Origin: an uncultured Nitrospiraceae bacterium
Lineage (GTDB): Bacteria; Nitrospirota; Nitrospiria; Nitrospirales; Nitrospiraceae
NCBI GenBank assembly: GCA_963730935.1
Contig: CAVSTP010000003.1
Coordinates: 256,001-320,000, forward strand
Length of the DNA: 64,000 nt
Direction: 5' to 3'
Shown here: one piece after another, positions 27,804 through 37,703 of the stretch
Layout of the letters: the number at the start of each line of letters is the position of its first letter
Numbering within the stretch: the stretch's first letter is position 1
The notes under the pieces: generated by a model
Told to the model about the DNA's origin: nothing
The model's input: only the letters and a program-made list of their open reading frames with translations
Databases searched by the model: none
Position numbers and translations under genes: made by a program

Positions 27804-30419
27804 ATGACTGCGTCCATCGTCCTCGCCCGAACGTTGATCGGCGCCCATGCGTTTCAACAGCCGTTCCGAACTGCCCTGACCGTGACGGGGGTGGCCCTTG
27901 GCGTGCTGGCGTCGGTCGCCATTACGGCGGCCAATGTCGAGGTGCTCCGTGGATTTGAGCAGGCGGTGGTGACGGTCGCGGGATCCGCCACCCTGGAAGT
28001 GTCGGCCCACGATCTTGGCCTCGACGAAACAGTCCTCCAGGTCATCCGACAGACGCCAGGTGTCGTCAAGGCGTCGCCCCTGATTGAGGAAGCGCTGATG
28101 TTCCGGGAAGGCCCGCACGGTCCGGAAAGCGTCCAGGTCTATGGAGTGGACCTGCTTGCCGAAGCCGATCAACTCGGTTTCCGCCTTGAGAGAGGTGGAG
28201 GCGAGGACGCGTTGAATGATTTGCTGAAGCGCGACAGTGTTTACGTCGGACGGCAGTTAGGTGCCGACTGGAACTTGCGGCGGGGAAGTACGCTCGAGGC
28301 CAGGGCCGGATCCCGGTTGATGCGTGTCCGCGTGGCGGGCGTCCTCGAGGGTACCGATCGGCCGGGATCCTACTGGAATCGTGTGGTGATCATGGATGTG
28401 GCGGCGGCGCAGGCGGCCTTCGACATGGTCGGCAGGTTGGACCGGATCGAGATCGTGACGGCACCTGACCGCACGGCCGACGAAGTTGCCGTCGCCCTGC
28501 GGGCCGTGTTACCGCCCTCTGTCGTCGTCGAGCGGCCGGCTCAACGCACCGCCCAGGTGGAACACATGGTAGGGGCGTTTCAACTCAACCTGGCCGTCCT
28601 CAGCTGGGTTGGTTTGTTGGTCGGCATGTTCCTGGTCTACAACACCATGAGTTTTTCGGTGGCTCAACGACGGCGCGAGATCGGTATCTATCGAACCCTC
28701 GGTATGACGGAACGGCGCGTGGCGGCCCTGTTCCTGTTGGAAGCCGGGGTCTTCGGCTTCATCGGCGGCGCGCTGGGTGCTGTCGGAGGGCTCTGGCTGG
28801 CACGAGGCCTGGTGATGCTCGTCAGCCGCACCATCAGCGATCTCTACGTGCCGTTGACCTCGAACGGAGCCTTCGCCGGTTTCGATGCACAGAGCCTGGC
28901 ATTTGTGGCGCAGGGCATCTTGGTCGGTGTGGTGGTGTCCATGGCTGGGGCGATCGGACCCAGCATAGATGCCAGCCGTACCGTGGTCACCAAGGCTCTT
29001 GCACCAGGGGACTACGAACAAACTGAAACCATCCGGAGCGGGCGCTACGTGCGATGGAGCCTGGTCTTCATGGTAACCGGAATACTCTTCGCTCTGGGTC
29101 CGCCCATTAAGGGCCTGCCCATCCTCGGGTATGCGGCGACCTTGTGTCTGTTGGGGGCGTTCGCCTGCCTTTCGCCCGTTTGCATTGCCGCATGGCGGTG
29201 GGCGATGCAGCGGACCGTGCGGAGCCCGGTGCTTTCCGGAAATCTTAAGCGAATGGCGGCTGACCATGTGGCGCGTCATCCTGGGCGGAATGCCGTGACC
29301 GTGTCCGCGTTGTTGGTCGGACTCGCTATCATGATTGGCGTGGTCGTTATGGTCAGGAGTTTTCGTGACACGGTCGAGGCCTGGGTCGATCAAACCGTCA
29401 TGGCCGATCTCATTATCGCGCCGCCCGCATGGTTGCACGGCAAGCAGGCCGGACACGCGTCCCGGACATTGCCCGGCTCCTGGCTTCCTGCTCTGACGGC
29501 CGTCGAGGGCGTGGCGGCGGTCGACACCTATCGCGATGTGCAGGTGGATGTGGGGAGTCAGTCGGCGGCATTGGTGTCGCGCGATTTGCGGCTTCATGCA
29601 GAACGTGGCCGCTACCTGATGGTCAACGACGACTGGGTCAGCGTTCTCAGGCGGGCTGCCGAAACGGGCGGAGTGGTTGTCTCCGAAGTGCTGGCCAACC
29701 GCCTGGGACTCGAGCGGGGTGGAACAGTGACCATCACCACGCCTGCTGGACCGCACACCGTTCCCATCGAAGGCGTCTTCTACGACTATGCGACCGACGG
29801 TGGAAAGATGGTCATGGAGCGAACGCTCTACCGCCGCTTGTGGAACGACGAGCGCATCACGGTTTTCGCGCTCTACCTCAGTCCCGGTGCGGACGAATCA
29901 CGGGTCAAGCGCCTCATCGGCGAGGCGCTCAACCGCCAGGAGAGTTCTCTGGCGCCGCCGCTCATGATCAGCAATGGAGAGCTTCGCCGTGAGATCCTCA
30001 ATATTTTTGACCGCACGTTTGTCCTGACCTATGTGCTCGAGGCAATCGCCGTCTTCGTCGCCGTGCTCGGAATCGTCAATACGCTGGTCACCGCTGTCTT
30101 GGAACGGCGACGCGAGTTGGCGACTCTGCAGGCGATCGGGGCCAGCCGTGATCAAGTTGAGCGGTTGGTCCAGTGGGAAGCCATTTATTTAGGTCTGATC
30201 GGCGCCCTGTTGGGCGTCGCGGGAGGGTTGGCACTGGCTTGGGTCCTGATCGCCGTCATCAACAAGCAATCGTTCGGGTGGACCATCCGCATGACGGTTC
30301 CTGTGGAAGTGCTCGTTCAGGCCGTAGCGTTGGCTATCGGGGCCGCATGGATGGCCGGCTACCTGCCTGCACGCTGGGCCGCACGGCAGCCTGTCGGAGA
30401 AAGCCTGAGAGAGGAATAG
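27804..30419 (+). CDS. Double-FtsX-domain ABC transporter permease
   Basis: Two MacB/FtsX repeats (SVAQRRREIGIYRTLG; AVLERRRELATLQAIG), INKQSFGWT. Confidence 0.88.
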   Translation: MTASIVLARTLIGAHAFQQPFRTALTVTGVALGVLASVAITAANVEVLRGFEQAVVTVAGSATLEVSAHDLGLDETVLQVIRQTPGVVKASPLIEEALMFREGPHGPESVQVYGVDLLAEADQLGFRLERGGGEDALNDLLKRDSVYVGRQLGADWNLRRGSTLEARAGSRLMRVRVAGVLEGTDRPGSYWNRVVIMDVAAAQAAFDMVGRLDRIEIVTAPDRTADEVAVALRAVLPPSVVVERPAQRTAQVEHMVGAFQLNLAVLSWVGLLVGMFLVYNTMSFSVAQRRREIGIYRTLGMTERRVAALFLLEAGVFGFIGGALGAVGGLWLARGLVMLVSRTISDLYVPLTSNGAFAGFDAQSLAFVAQGILVGVVVSMAGAIGPSIDASRTVVTKALAPGDYEQTETIRSGRYVRWSLVFMVTGILFALGPPIKGLPILGYAATLCLLGAFACLSPVCIAAWRWAMQRTVRSPVLSGNLKRMAADHVARHPGRNAVTVSALLVGLAIMIGVVVMVRSFRDTVEAWVDQTVMADLIIAPPAWLHGKQAGHASRTLPGSWLPALTAVEGVAAVDTYRDVQVDVGSQSAALVSRDLRLHAERGRYLMVNDDWVSVLRRAAETGGVVVSEVLANRLGLERGGTVTITTPAGPHTVPIEGVFYDYATDGGKMVMERTLYRRLWNDERITVFALYLSPGADESRVKRLIGEALNRQESSLAPPLMISNGELRREILNIFDRTFVLTYVLEAIAVFVAVLGIVNTLVTAVLERRRELATLQAIGASRDQVERLVQWEAIYLGLIGALLGVAGGLALAWVLIAVINKQSFGWTIRMTVPVEVLVQAVALAIGAAWMAGYLPARWAARQPVGESLREE

Positions 30420-30453
30420 CCGCACATCAAGACCACGCGGGGGCGCCAATCTT

Positions 30454-30699
30454 CTAGCGGGACAGCGCAATCACAAACGTCATCAGCGACAGGATCAGGC
30501 CGGCGGCGACGAGCAGTGTCAGCCGCCGGAGTTTTTTCTCCACGGCGTCGGATCGCTCGGCGAGCCATTCGACCGATTGCTCGACGACCGCCAACCGTCC
30601 GTCCTCCGTCTTGCCCCGTGCAGGTTTCTCCAACATGGCCTTGACCACGGGTAGCAATTTCGGCAGATGCTTGATCAGGAGGGTGAAGAACGGGTTCAT
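30454..30699 (-). CDS. Small hypothetical protein with coiled coil and C-terminal TM
   Basis: 81 aa, GAGGGA SD, co-oriented with upstream genes. Confidence 0.6.
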   Translation of the reverse strand: MNPFFTLLIKHLPKLLPVVKAMLEKPARGKTEDGRLAVVEQSVEWLAERSDAVEKKLRRLTLLVAAGLILSLMTFVIALSR

Positions 30700-30716
30700 G
30701 GCAACAACATCCCTCG

Positions 30717-31601
30717 CTATTTGGGTGTATGTTTCCGGTCCTCGGCCTTCGGCGCCACTTGAGGACTGATCAGTTCGATGCTAAGAATCGGCCCCATGAG
30801 CTGCAATGGGCCTTCGAATCGCACGAAACTCGGCACCTCGTCTGCCAGAACATAGCAGTCGTAGTGGAAATCGGCCGGCAACTTGCCCAACATGGTCCCC
30901 AGAATCTTTTTCACGGGGCCGATGTCGGGTTTAAAGGCGTATTGCCAGGCTTTGCGGGATTGGTCGCCGACGCGGATGACCTGTTCGCCCACGAAGGCCA
31001 ATTCGAGCGCGATCGCGGTCGGTTCCGGCACAAAGGCCAAGACGTTGATGGTTTCGTTGGCACCTTTCGGCAGGTTCAACAGCGTCATCACGATCATGCC
31101 GTTGTAAGCATCTTTCGGCAGATCGATCTCTCCCGTCAGCACTTTTTCCGCTCCGTTTTCTCCCGCCTTCGCTCTGACCTCATAGGTCGAGGTGCCCCGA
31201 TCGACCACCACATCCATCTGCTCGGGAAACGACGGGCCGCGTTGGGTCAGTTGATACCGGATCAGCGTAAACACACGCTGCTGTGAAAACGCGACCTTTT
31301 CGTCGTGGAGCGAGCCGTCTTTGAAACGGAACACGAGTCGGCTTTCCGCCACTCCCCCCTCCTTCACAGTTTGGGTCAGTTCTCCGTACGCGACAATATC
31401 TCCAGCCGCCGATCGGACGAGCAGAAACCCATGCGTCAGCCCTTCAGGGAAACGCACCGATACGGGCGCGGACTCGGCGGCATCCCGCGTAAACCCAATC
31501 GTCGAGAGAAGCAGGGCGAGGACGACGCAGCAAGAAGTCAGGCCGACTGAGGAACTGCCGCCGCGCAACGAGAGGACGCATCTGTCAGCACGGTCATTCA
31601 C
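30717..31601 (-). CDS. Hypothetical exported beta-rich protein
   Basis: Hydrophobic N-terminal segment, 294 aa; overlaps AI-2E gene stop by 8 nt; start uncertain. Confidence 0.65.
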   Translation of the reverse strand: MNDRADRCVLSLRGGSSSVGLTSCCVVLALLLSTIGFTRDAAESAPVSVRFPEGLTHGFLLVRSAAGDIVAYGELTQTVKEGGVAESRLVFRFKDGSLHDEKVAFSQQRVFTLIRYQLTQRGPSFPEQMDVVVDRGTSTYEVRAKAGENGAEKVLTGEIDLPKDAYNGMIVMTLLNLPKGANETINVLAFVPEPTAIALELAFVGEQVIRVGDQSRKAWQYAFKPDIGPVKKILGTMLGKLPADFHYDCYVLADEVPSFVRFEGPLQLMGPILSIELISPQVAPKAEDRKHTPK

Positions 31602-32739
31602 TCAGCAACTCCGCCAAAGGCTGCAGGTCTTCGATGCGGTCGGCAAACACTTTGAGCATTCCCATGATCGGAATGGCGAATAAGAGTCCCCACACGCCCC
31701 AGAGCCAGCCCCAGAACAAGAGTGCGACGAAAACGGCGGTGGTATTCATCTTGGTCAGCTTGCCGCTCATCCAGGTGACGAACACGGTACCGACCAGCGT
31801 CGCGATCGCGAGGGAACTGAAAGAAACGAGCACCGTCGTAGACAAGGATTCGAATTGCATGAAGGCCGCCATGCCGGTGGCGAGCGCTGTCAATGCCGGT
31901 CCCAGGTACGGAATGAAATGCAGCACGCCGGCCGCAACGGCCCAAGCCCCTGCATTGTCCAGGCCGATCCACCGGAACACAACCCACGAGAGCAGTCCGA
32001 GGAGAATATTGGCCACGAGCAGGGTGAGCATATAGTTTTGAATGGCCCGGTCGATGTCGTCCAGAATGACGGCCGTAATCTTGCGCTTGGATAACGACGG
32101 TCCGCTGATGCGCATCAGCTTTCGCTTGAAGGTATCGCCGGACAGCAGGAGAAAGACCACCAGCAGCAACAGCATGACCGTGTCGCCGAGGAAGCCAAAG
32201 ATGCCCAATGAACCGGTCCAAAGCCAGTTCGCGAGTTTGGATTTTTGCTCTTGGACCACGACACGGGTCTGCGGCTTAGTCTGACCGTTGGCTGCCTGAT
32301 CCGTGGCTTTCTCGAGCTCCCTGGCGGCCTCCTGGACCTTCGTCATGGTATTAGCTTGGCTGGCCATATCCCGAAGCGCGGCCGACAATTTTGCTGCCGC
32401 ATCCGGAATCTGATCGAGAATCTTTTCGACCTGTGTCCGCAGCGATAACGTGGCAGCCGCCATGCCACAGAGCAGTGCCGCCATGACCAGCGTGGTCCCG
32501 ATGAGACGTGGAATCTTGAGTCGTTCTAAGAGTCGCACGAGGGGATTCAACGTACAAGCCAGGATGAGGCCAAACACCAGTGGTATAAAAAACTTTTGAG
32601 CGGAGGACAAGGCAAACACCGTCGCGACGGTCGCCACGATGATTGCTGCCAGGCCTCGAGAATCAGAAGGAAGGTTGGCCGTCGGAGCGTTGGATGACTC
32701 AGGCGTCGAATGGGTGGCGGTGCTTTCCTTGGTCTGCAT
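31594..32739 (-). CDS. AI-2E family transporter
   Basis: FFIPLVFGLILACTLNPLV, FIPYLGP, FWGWLWGVWGLLFAIP. Confidence 0.9.
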   Translation of the reverse strand: MQTKESTATHSTPESSNAPTANLPSDSRGLAAIIVATVATVFALSSAQKFFIPLVFGLILACTLNPLVRLLERLKIPRLIGTTLVMAALLCGMAAATLSLRTQVEKILDQIPDAAAKLSAALRDMASQANTMTKVQEAARELEKATDQAANGQTKPQTRVVVQEQKSKLANWLWTGSLGIFGFLGDTVMLLLLVVFLLLSGDTFKRKLMRISGPSLSKRKITAVILDDIDRAIQNYMLTLLVANILLGLLSWVVFRWIGLDNAGAWAVAAGVLHFIPYLGPALTALATGMAAFMQFESLSTTVLVSFSSLAIATLVGTVFVTWMSGKLTKMNTTAVFVALLFWGWLWGVWGLLFAIPIMGMLKVFADRIEDLQPLAELLSE

Positions 32740-32897
32740 GCAGGGCGTATCCGGCAGATTCCGTACGTGCTCTATTCATCCATGACAACACAGCCCCAGG
32801 GAACTCCCTACTAGGATAAGTCCTTGTTGGGTCGGATCGCAGGAACGCGGTCAGTGTAGAAGAGAGAGGATTGTGGAGGCGAACCGATGAAAAAGGC

Positions 32898-33914
32898 TTA
32901 CGAGCGGATGCTTAAAGACGCGGTTGGTTGCGCGCCCTGGTAGTCGACTTCGATGGTGAAGCCGAGATCACGGATCATGCCCCATACTTCTGGTGCTGGA
33001 GCGCCCGGCGTAGTGAGATATCCATTGACGAAGACGGAGTCCGCCGGATAGAGCGCCAACGGTTGCAGGCTGCGCAGATTATGTTCGCGGCCGCCGGCAA
33101 TTCGGATCTCGGTGCGGGGGTGAAGGAAGCGGAAGAGGCACAGCACTTTCAAACAACGCTGCGGGGTGAGGTGATCGCAATGTTCCAGGGGGGTGCCGGC
33201 CACAGGATGCAGTGTGTTCACAGGAATGGATTCGGGATGAACCTCGCGCAGCGCCATGGCGAGGTCGATGAGATCGTCGTCGGCTTCGCCCATTCCCACG
33301 ATGCCTCCGGAGCAGATCTCCAGACCGGCAGCGCGAGCGTTTCGTAAGGTGGCGAGACGATCCTGAAAGGTGTGAGTCGTGCAGATCGAACCGTGGAAGG
33401 CCTCGCTCGTGTTCAAGTTGTGGTTGACCCGGTCGACGCCCGCCGCCTTAAGCCGTTTGGCCTGCGCCTCGTTCATCAGGCCCAGTGAGCAGCAAATCTG
33501 AATCGGCAATTCCTGCTTGATGGAGCGAACCGCCCCCGCGATCTCCTCGATCTCGCGGTCCAGCGGACTGCGTCCGCTGATGACGATGCAGTATCGTTGC
33601 GCTTTGGAAGCGGCGGCCTGACGCGCACCTTCGATCATCTGGCGCTGTGGCAAGAGGTTGTATCGTTCGATCGCCGCAGTCGAAACAGCGGACTGCGAAC
33701 AGTAATGGCAATCTTCTTGGCAGGCGCCGCTCTTGGCATTCTGCAGCATCTGCAGACGCACGGTCTTCCCGAAGTACTGTGAGCGCACCACAAAGGCCGC
33801 TTGCAGCAAGGCGAGGAGGTCCTCGTCGGGCGTGGTCAGAACTTCACGACATTCCGATCGCGTCAAGACCTCGTCGTTCAACGCTTTTCGCGCGAACACC
33901 GCACAATCCGTCAT
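32898..33914 (-). CDS. bioB: Biotin synthase
   Basis: CQEDCHYCSQS radical SAM motif, VNHNLNT, CSGGIVGMGE, RIAGGRE, YLTT. Confidence 0.97.
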   Translation of the reverse strand: MTDCAVFARKALNDEVLTRSECREVLTTPDEDLLALLQAAFVVRSQYFGKTVRLQMLQNAKSGACQEDCHYCSQSAVSTAAIERYNLLPQRQMIEGARQAAASKAQRYCIVISGRSPLDREIEEIAGAVRSIKQELPIQICCSLGLMNEAQAKRLKAAGVDRVNHNLNTSEAFHGSICTTHTFQDRLATLRNARAAGLEICSGGIVGMGEADDDLIDLAMALREVHPESIPVNTLHPVAGTPLEHCDHLTPQRCLKVLCLFRFLHPRTEIRIAGGREHNLRSLQPLALYPADSVFVNGYLTTPGAPAPEVWGMIRDLGFTIEVDYQGAQPTASLSIRS

Positions 33915-34066
33915 CTCATCTCCTCGTCAGAGAGTCTCATTTCTTCTCACGTCTTCTCACGAGCCCACCCACCGCCTGTCGGAACAAGCGTTTTCCCGGG
34001 AGCCGATCGCCTGCCAAGAGGCGTGGTTCGGAGTCCCAGCAGTCCCTCGTCAGGGGTGAGCGAAAG

Positions 34067-35464
34067 CTACACGGTTTCGAATGGAGAAGCAATGCCTTGG
34101 TAGGGAATGCTGCGTCCGGCTGTGGACGCTCCGTCCCTCGCGGCCGTGGGACCGCCTTCCAGCCACGGAAGCGCGACGAAGGTATTCCAGTTTCCGCACC
34201 GGCGGCACCGCCCGGACCATTCCGTGGTGTCTTGTTGGCAGACGGTGCAGACGTAGGGCACGACGACGCGCTTCCTGAACTGAAGCGCCTTCTTGAGCTC
34301 GACGACCGCCTGTTCCATGTGCTGTTTGCGCAGGAACAGATTGGCCATGATCTTGTGATAATCCACGAGTTGATCTTGTGGGCCTTCAACGGTGGACAGG
34401 ATATCAAAGGCCTCGTCGACCATTTCCAGCCGGTAATAGAGTTTGCCGAGATAAAACTGCAGCACGGCGTTGTGCGGATCCCGCTGCAACGCCTCCTGAT
34501 AAATGCGGATGATTTCGCTCGGCTCCCCCTGTTCTAAAAACAGCTCTTCCAGCCGGTGAAGGATAATGATGTTGTGCGTCTTCGCATACACCTTCTTCAG
34601 AATCTCGACGGCGTCTTTGGTCTTGCCTTCCCGGATCAGGACCTCCCCCAAGCCGATATAGGCGGGGAGGAATGTCCGGTCTTTTTTAATGGCGCCTCGA
34701 AAATAGCGTCTGGCCTTGTCCGCATGGCCTCGCTCGAGCAACTGGCGGCCGACTTCGTACATGCAGCCGGTGAGTAGGTGGGCTTCAGCGCGCCGCTCCG
34801 CTTCCGGCAGATTGGCCTTTGCCATGCGGTGCTGTATCTCCAGCGCGTCGCTCCATTTCTCAAGCCGGATCAGCAGGTCTCGCTTCCGAATCAGACCCGT
34901 CAGGTTGTCTGGTTCGATTCTCAGGATCTTTTGCAGTGTCTGGAGGGCGTCCTCATAACGTTTGGCTCCCTCGAGGTCCTTTGACAGCTCCAACAGAATT
35001 TCAATGTTCCGGTCGTCGATGCGCTGTGCATTCTGATGCAACCTGATGGCTTCCGCATAATTACTTTCCGAACGATAGATATTGCCCAACCAAAGCAGCG
35101 AGTCGACTCTGTTTGGATCGATGGAGAGTGCCTTTTCGAACAGGCCCACGGCGTCGCTTGTCCGCTTCGACATGAAGGCATGGGTGCCTTCGCGATGCAA
35201 AGCGTCCACCTTCTCTTTTCGCCGCTGAAGCCGCGTGCTTCGCCAGTTGCCGATCACGTGCACCGTTTGCCGCATCCCGACGGCCAGGGCGACGAGCAGG
35301 GCGCCGACCGCCATGGAAAAGACGACGAGCGTCACGGCGCTCAGTTCAAATTGCGTTGACGGGCCGGTGTGGACGGTGATGGTGCCTGGGTTGAGCTCGC
35401 GGAAATAGCTGTAGAGGAAGATGCCGGCGCTGATCAGGAAAACCGTGGTGAGCAGCCTGAGCAT
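34067..35464 (-). CDS. LapB-like TPR/rubredoxin protein with LapA-like two-TM N-terminus
   Basis: Two TMs, many TPRs, C-terminal YVCTVC...WSGRCRRCGNWNT. Confidence 0.78.
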   Translation of the reverse strand: MLRLLTTVFLISAGIFLYSYFRELNPGTITVHTGPSTQFELSAVTLVVFSMAVGALLVALAVGMRQTVHVIGNWRSTRLQRRKEKVDALHREGTHAFMSKRTSDAVGLFEKALSIDPNRVDSLLWLGNIYRSESNYAEAIRLHQNAQRIDDRNIEILLELSKDLEGAKRYEDALQTLQKILRIEPDNLTGLIRKRDLLIRLEKWSDALEIQHRMAKANLPEAERRAEAHLLTGCMYEVGRQLLERGHADKARRYFRGAIKKDRTFLPAYIGLGEVLIREGKTKDAVEILKKVYAKTHNIIILHRLEELFLEQGEPSEIIRIYQEALQRDPHNAVLQFYLGKLYYRLEMVDEAFDILSTVEGPQDQLVDYHKIMANLFLRKQHMEQAVVELKKALQFRKRVVVPYVCTVCQQDTTEWSGRCRRCGNWNTFVALPWLEGGPTAARDGASTAGRSIPYQGIASPFETV

Positions 35465-35468
35465 GGCG

Positions 35469-35888
35469 CTACGCTCGTTTGGCGGTATGCACTCTCGTTC
35501 GGGGAGCCGTTTTTGAGGCGGTCATCGGCTCCGGTGCGTAGCCGGGGACAGGAACACGCCTCGCGTCAGCCCACAACCGTTCCAGCCCGTAGTAGTGACG
35601 GGTATCCTGTCGGAATACGTGGACGACCACGTCGCCGAAATCCATGAGTACCCACTGCGATGATGCCTTGCCTTCGATGCTCAAAGCTCCGGACCCCGAA
35701 TGGGACAGCACCCCATCGACATGGTCGGCGATCGCTCTCGTTTGCCGATCCGAGTCGGCGGACCCCAAAACCAGGTAGTCGGCGACGGAGGTCAGCTTCG
35801 CAACGTGGAGGATGAGGACGTCCGTGGCCTTCTTGTCGAGCATGGCCTTCGCAATGGCAAGGGCCGTGGCCTTTGATGTTCGTGCGAT
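35469..35888 (-). CDS. rsfS: Ribosome silencing factor (Iojap)
   Basis: DKKATDVLIL, ADYLVLGS, WVLMDFGDVVVHVF, RHYYGLERLW; follows nadD; start uncertain (ATC 35888 proposed). Confidence 0.92.
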   Translation of the reverse strand: MARTSKATALAIAKAMLDKKATDVLILHVAKLTSVADYLVLGSADSDRQTRAIADHVDGVLSHSGSGALSIEGKASSQWVLMDFGDVVVHVFRQDTRHYYGLERLWADARRVPVPGYAPEPMTASKTAPRTRVHTAKRA

Positions 35889-35898
35889 CGGCGTCCTC

Positions 35899-36582
35899 TT
35901 AGTAGATATGATGTTGAAGTATATAGGATTCCACCACAGGCGGCAACAGCTTTGCCGTGGAAGCTCCCTGTGCAATTCTTGCGCGAATGTCCGAGGCCGA
36001 CACGCTGTTCGGCGGCAAGCGTAGGCAAATCAGCGACTGGGCGTCGACAGGGACGTCCAGACGTACGCTCTGTCCGGCATCCAAATCCACGAGCGATGCT
36101 TGCGGAATGGGTGGAATCAACGGCAACCCCGAAAGCGCCTGGAACGACAGACCGGGCCGTGAAAGGACCACAAACGAGCAGAGGGTCAGCAACGTCGCGG
36201 GATCTCGCCAGGTCGGGAATTCCAAGAAGGCGTCCAATCCGATGAGGAAGAAGAGCCGAGCTGCGGGACCGTATTCCTGCTGTAAGAGGCGGATGGTATC
36301 GATCGTATAGGATTTCCCCGACCGGCGCACTTCGACATCGGATATGGACAGAGAGGGGTCCGAGGCAATGGCCAGACGGACCATTTCAAAACGGTCCTTG
36401 GCGGCCGCGAGGTTCTCATGTGGCTTGTGCGGCGGATCACCGGTCGGGATCAAGACCACTCGGTCGAGTGCGAGCACCTCACGCGCCTGGCGCGCAATCG
36501 CCACATGGCCATTGTGAATGGGGTTGAAGGTACCGCCCAACAAGCCTACCGACGACACTCCCACCTCACGGGGGCGGCTCAA
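35899..36582 (-). CDS. nadD: Nicotinate-nucleotide adenylyltransferase
   Basis: GGTFNPIHNGH, PPHK, SYTIDT, IGLDAF, SASDIR. Confidence 0.95.
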   Translation of the reverse strand: MSRPREVGVSSVGLLGGTFNPIHNGHVAIARQAREVLALDRVVLIPTGDPPHKPHENLAAAKDRFEMVRLAIASDPSLSISDVEVRRSGKSYTIDTIRLLQQEYGPAARLFFLIGLDAFLEFPTWRDPATLLTLCSFVVLSRPGLSFQALSGLPLIPPIPQASLVDLDAGQSVRLDVPVDAQSLICLRLPPNSVSASDIRARIAQGASTAKLLPPVVESYILQHHIY

Positions 36583-37703
36583 AGGATCACAAGATTATCC
36601 CGATGAATGACTTCCTCGTACTCCTGCGGCCCAAGGCGCTGCTGAATCTCGGCGGTCTTGAGGCCCTTGATTTTCATCAAGGTGTCCGAAGAACAATTCA
36701 CGAGCCCTTTGGCGAATTCCTTGCCGTCCGGGTCGAGGCAGCTGATCGCATCACCGGCCTCGAACGAGCCGGTGACCGTGACGATACCGGACGCCAGGAG
36801 ACTCTTGCCGCGCTGGGTCAGTGCGTCGACGGCTCCCTGATCCAATGAGATGGCGCCGCGCGCCCGCAAGGTATAGCCGATCCAATGCTTGCGGCTGTTC
36901 ATCCGGCGAGCTTTGGCAAGAAACAGGCTCCCTCCCGGATTGTTGCCCGAAAGGATTTGCGGCAACAGGCCCTTGGTCTGGCCGTTCACGATCAGCGTTG
37001 CCACGCCATATTCGCTGACCTTTTTCGCCGCCCGGACCTTGGTGGCCATTCCGCCTGTGCTGCCGAACGTGGTCGACATGCCGGCGCGTCGTTCAATGTC
37101 GTCCGTAATCTCAGTGATCAAGGGAATGAGCTCAGCGGAAGGATTTTTCCGGGGATCTTCCGTAAACAAGCCGTCGATATCGGACAAAATCACGAGCAGG
37201 TCGGCATCGACGAGATGGGCCACCTCCGCCGCGAGCGTATCATTGTCGCCGACTCGAATTTCATCGACGGCCACCGTATCGTTTTCATTGATGATGGGAA
37301 TGACCTGGAATTCAATGAGGGCCGCCAGCGTGTGCCTAGCGTTCAGGAATCGACGCCGATCGGCCAGGTCCTGATGGGTGAGAAGAATCTGCGCGACCTT
37401 GATGCCGAGCGGCTCAAAGGATTTTTCATAGGCCCACATCAGCCGGCTTTGTCCGACCGCTGCTGCCGCCTGCTTCACCGGGAGACTTTTCGGATACTCC
37501 TTGAGCGAAAGCTTCTTGATCCCCGAGACAATCGCACCGGACGACACGACGAGCACGTCCCGGCCGGCTGCTTGAAGCGCCGCCAGATCCTCCGCCAGTC
37601 GGTCAATGCGATCTGGCTCGAGACCGGCTTCCCGTGAGGAGACGAGACTGCTCCCGATCTTGACGACGATGCGTTTCGCCTGCTTTAAGACTTCGTTTCG
37701 CAT
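36579..37703 (-). CDS. proB: Glutamate 5-kinase with PUA domain
   Basis: VVKIGSS, VSSGA, AAAVGQ, INEND, GDNDTL, TGGMATK; start ATG 37703. Confidence 0.96.
   Translation of the reverse strand: MRNEVLKQAKRIVVKIGSSLVSSREAGLEPDRIDRLAEDLAALQAAGRDVLVVSSGAIVSGIKKLSLKEYPKSLPVKQAAAAVGQSRLMWAYEKSFEPLGIKVAQILLTHQDLADRRRFLNARHTLAALIEFQVIPIINENDTVAVDEIRVGDNDTLAAEVAHLVDADLLVILSDIDGLFTEDPRKNPSAELIPLITEITDDIERRAGMSTTFGSTGGMATKVRAAKKVSEYGVATLIVNGQTKGLLPQILSGNNPGGSLFLAKARRMNSRKHWIGYTLRARGAISLDQGAVDALTQRGKSLLASGIVTVTGSFEAGDAISCLDPDGKEFAKGLVNCSSDTLMKIKGLKTAEIQQRLGPQEYEEVIHRDNLVIL

Noticed and set aside
33915..34066. Possible hammerhead ribozyme or fifth repeat copy upstream of bioB (two CTGACGAGG, tandem CGTGAGAAGA on the minus strand)
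   Set aside because: No correctly placed GAAA core or stems; only faint similarity to the repeat family and no terminal inverted arms
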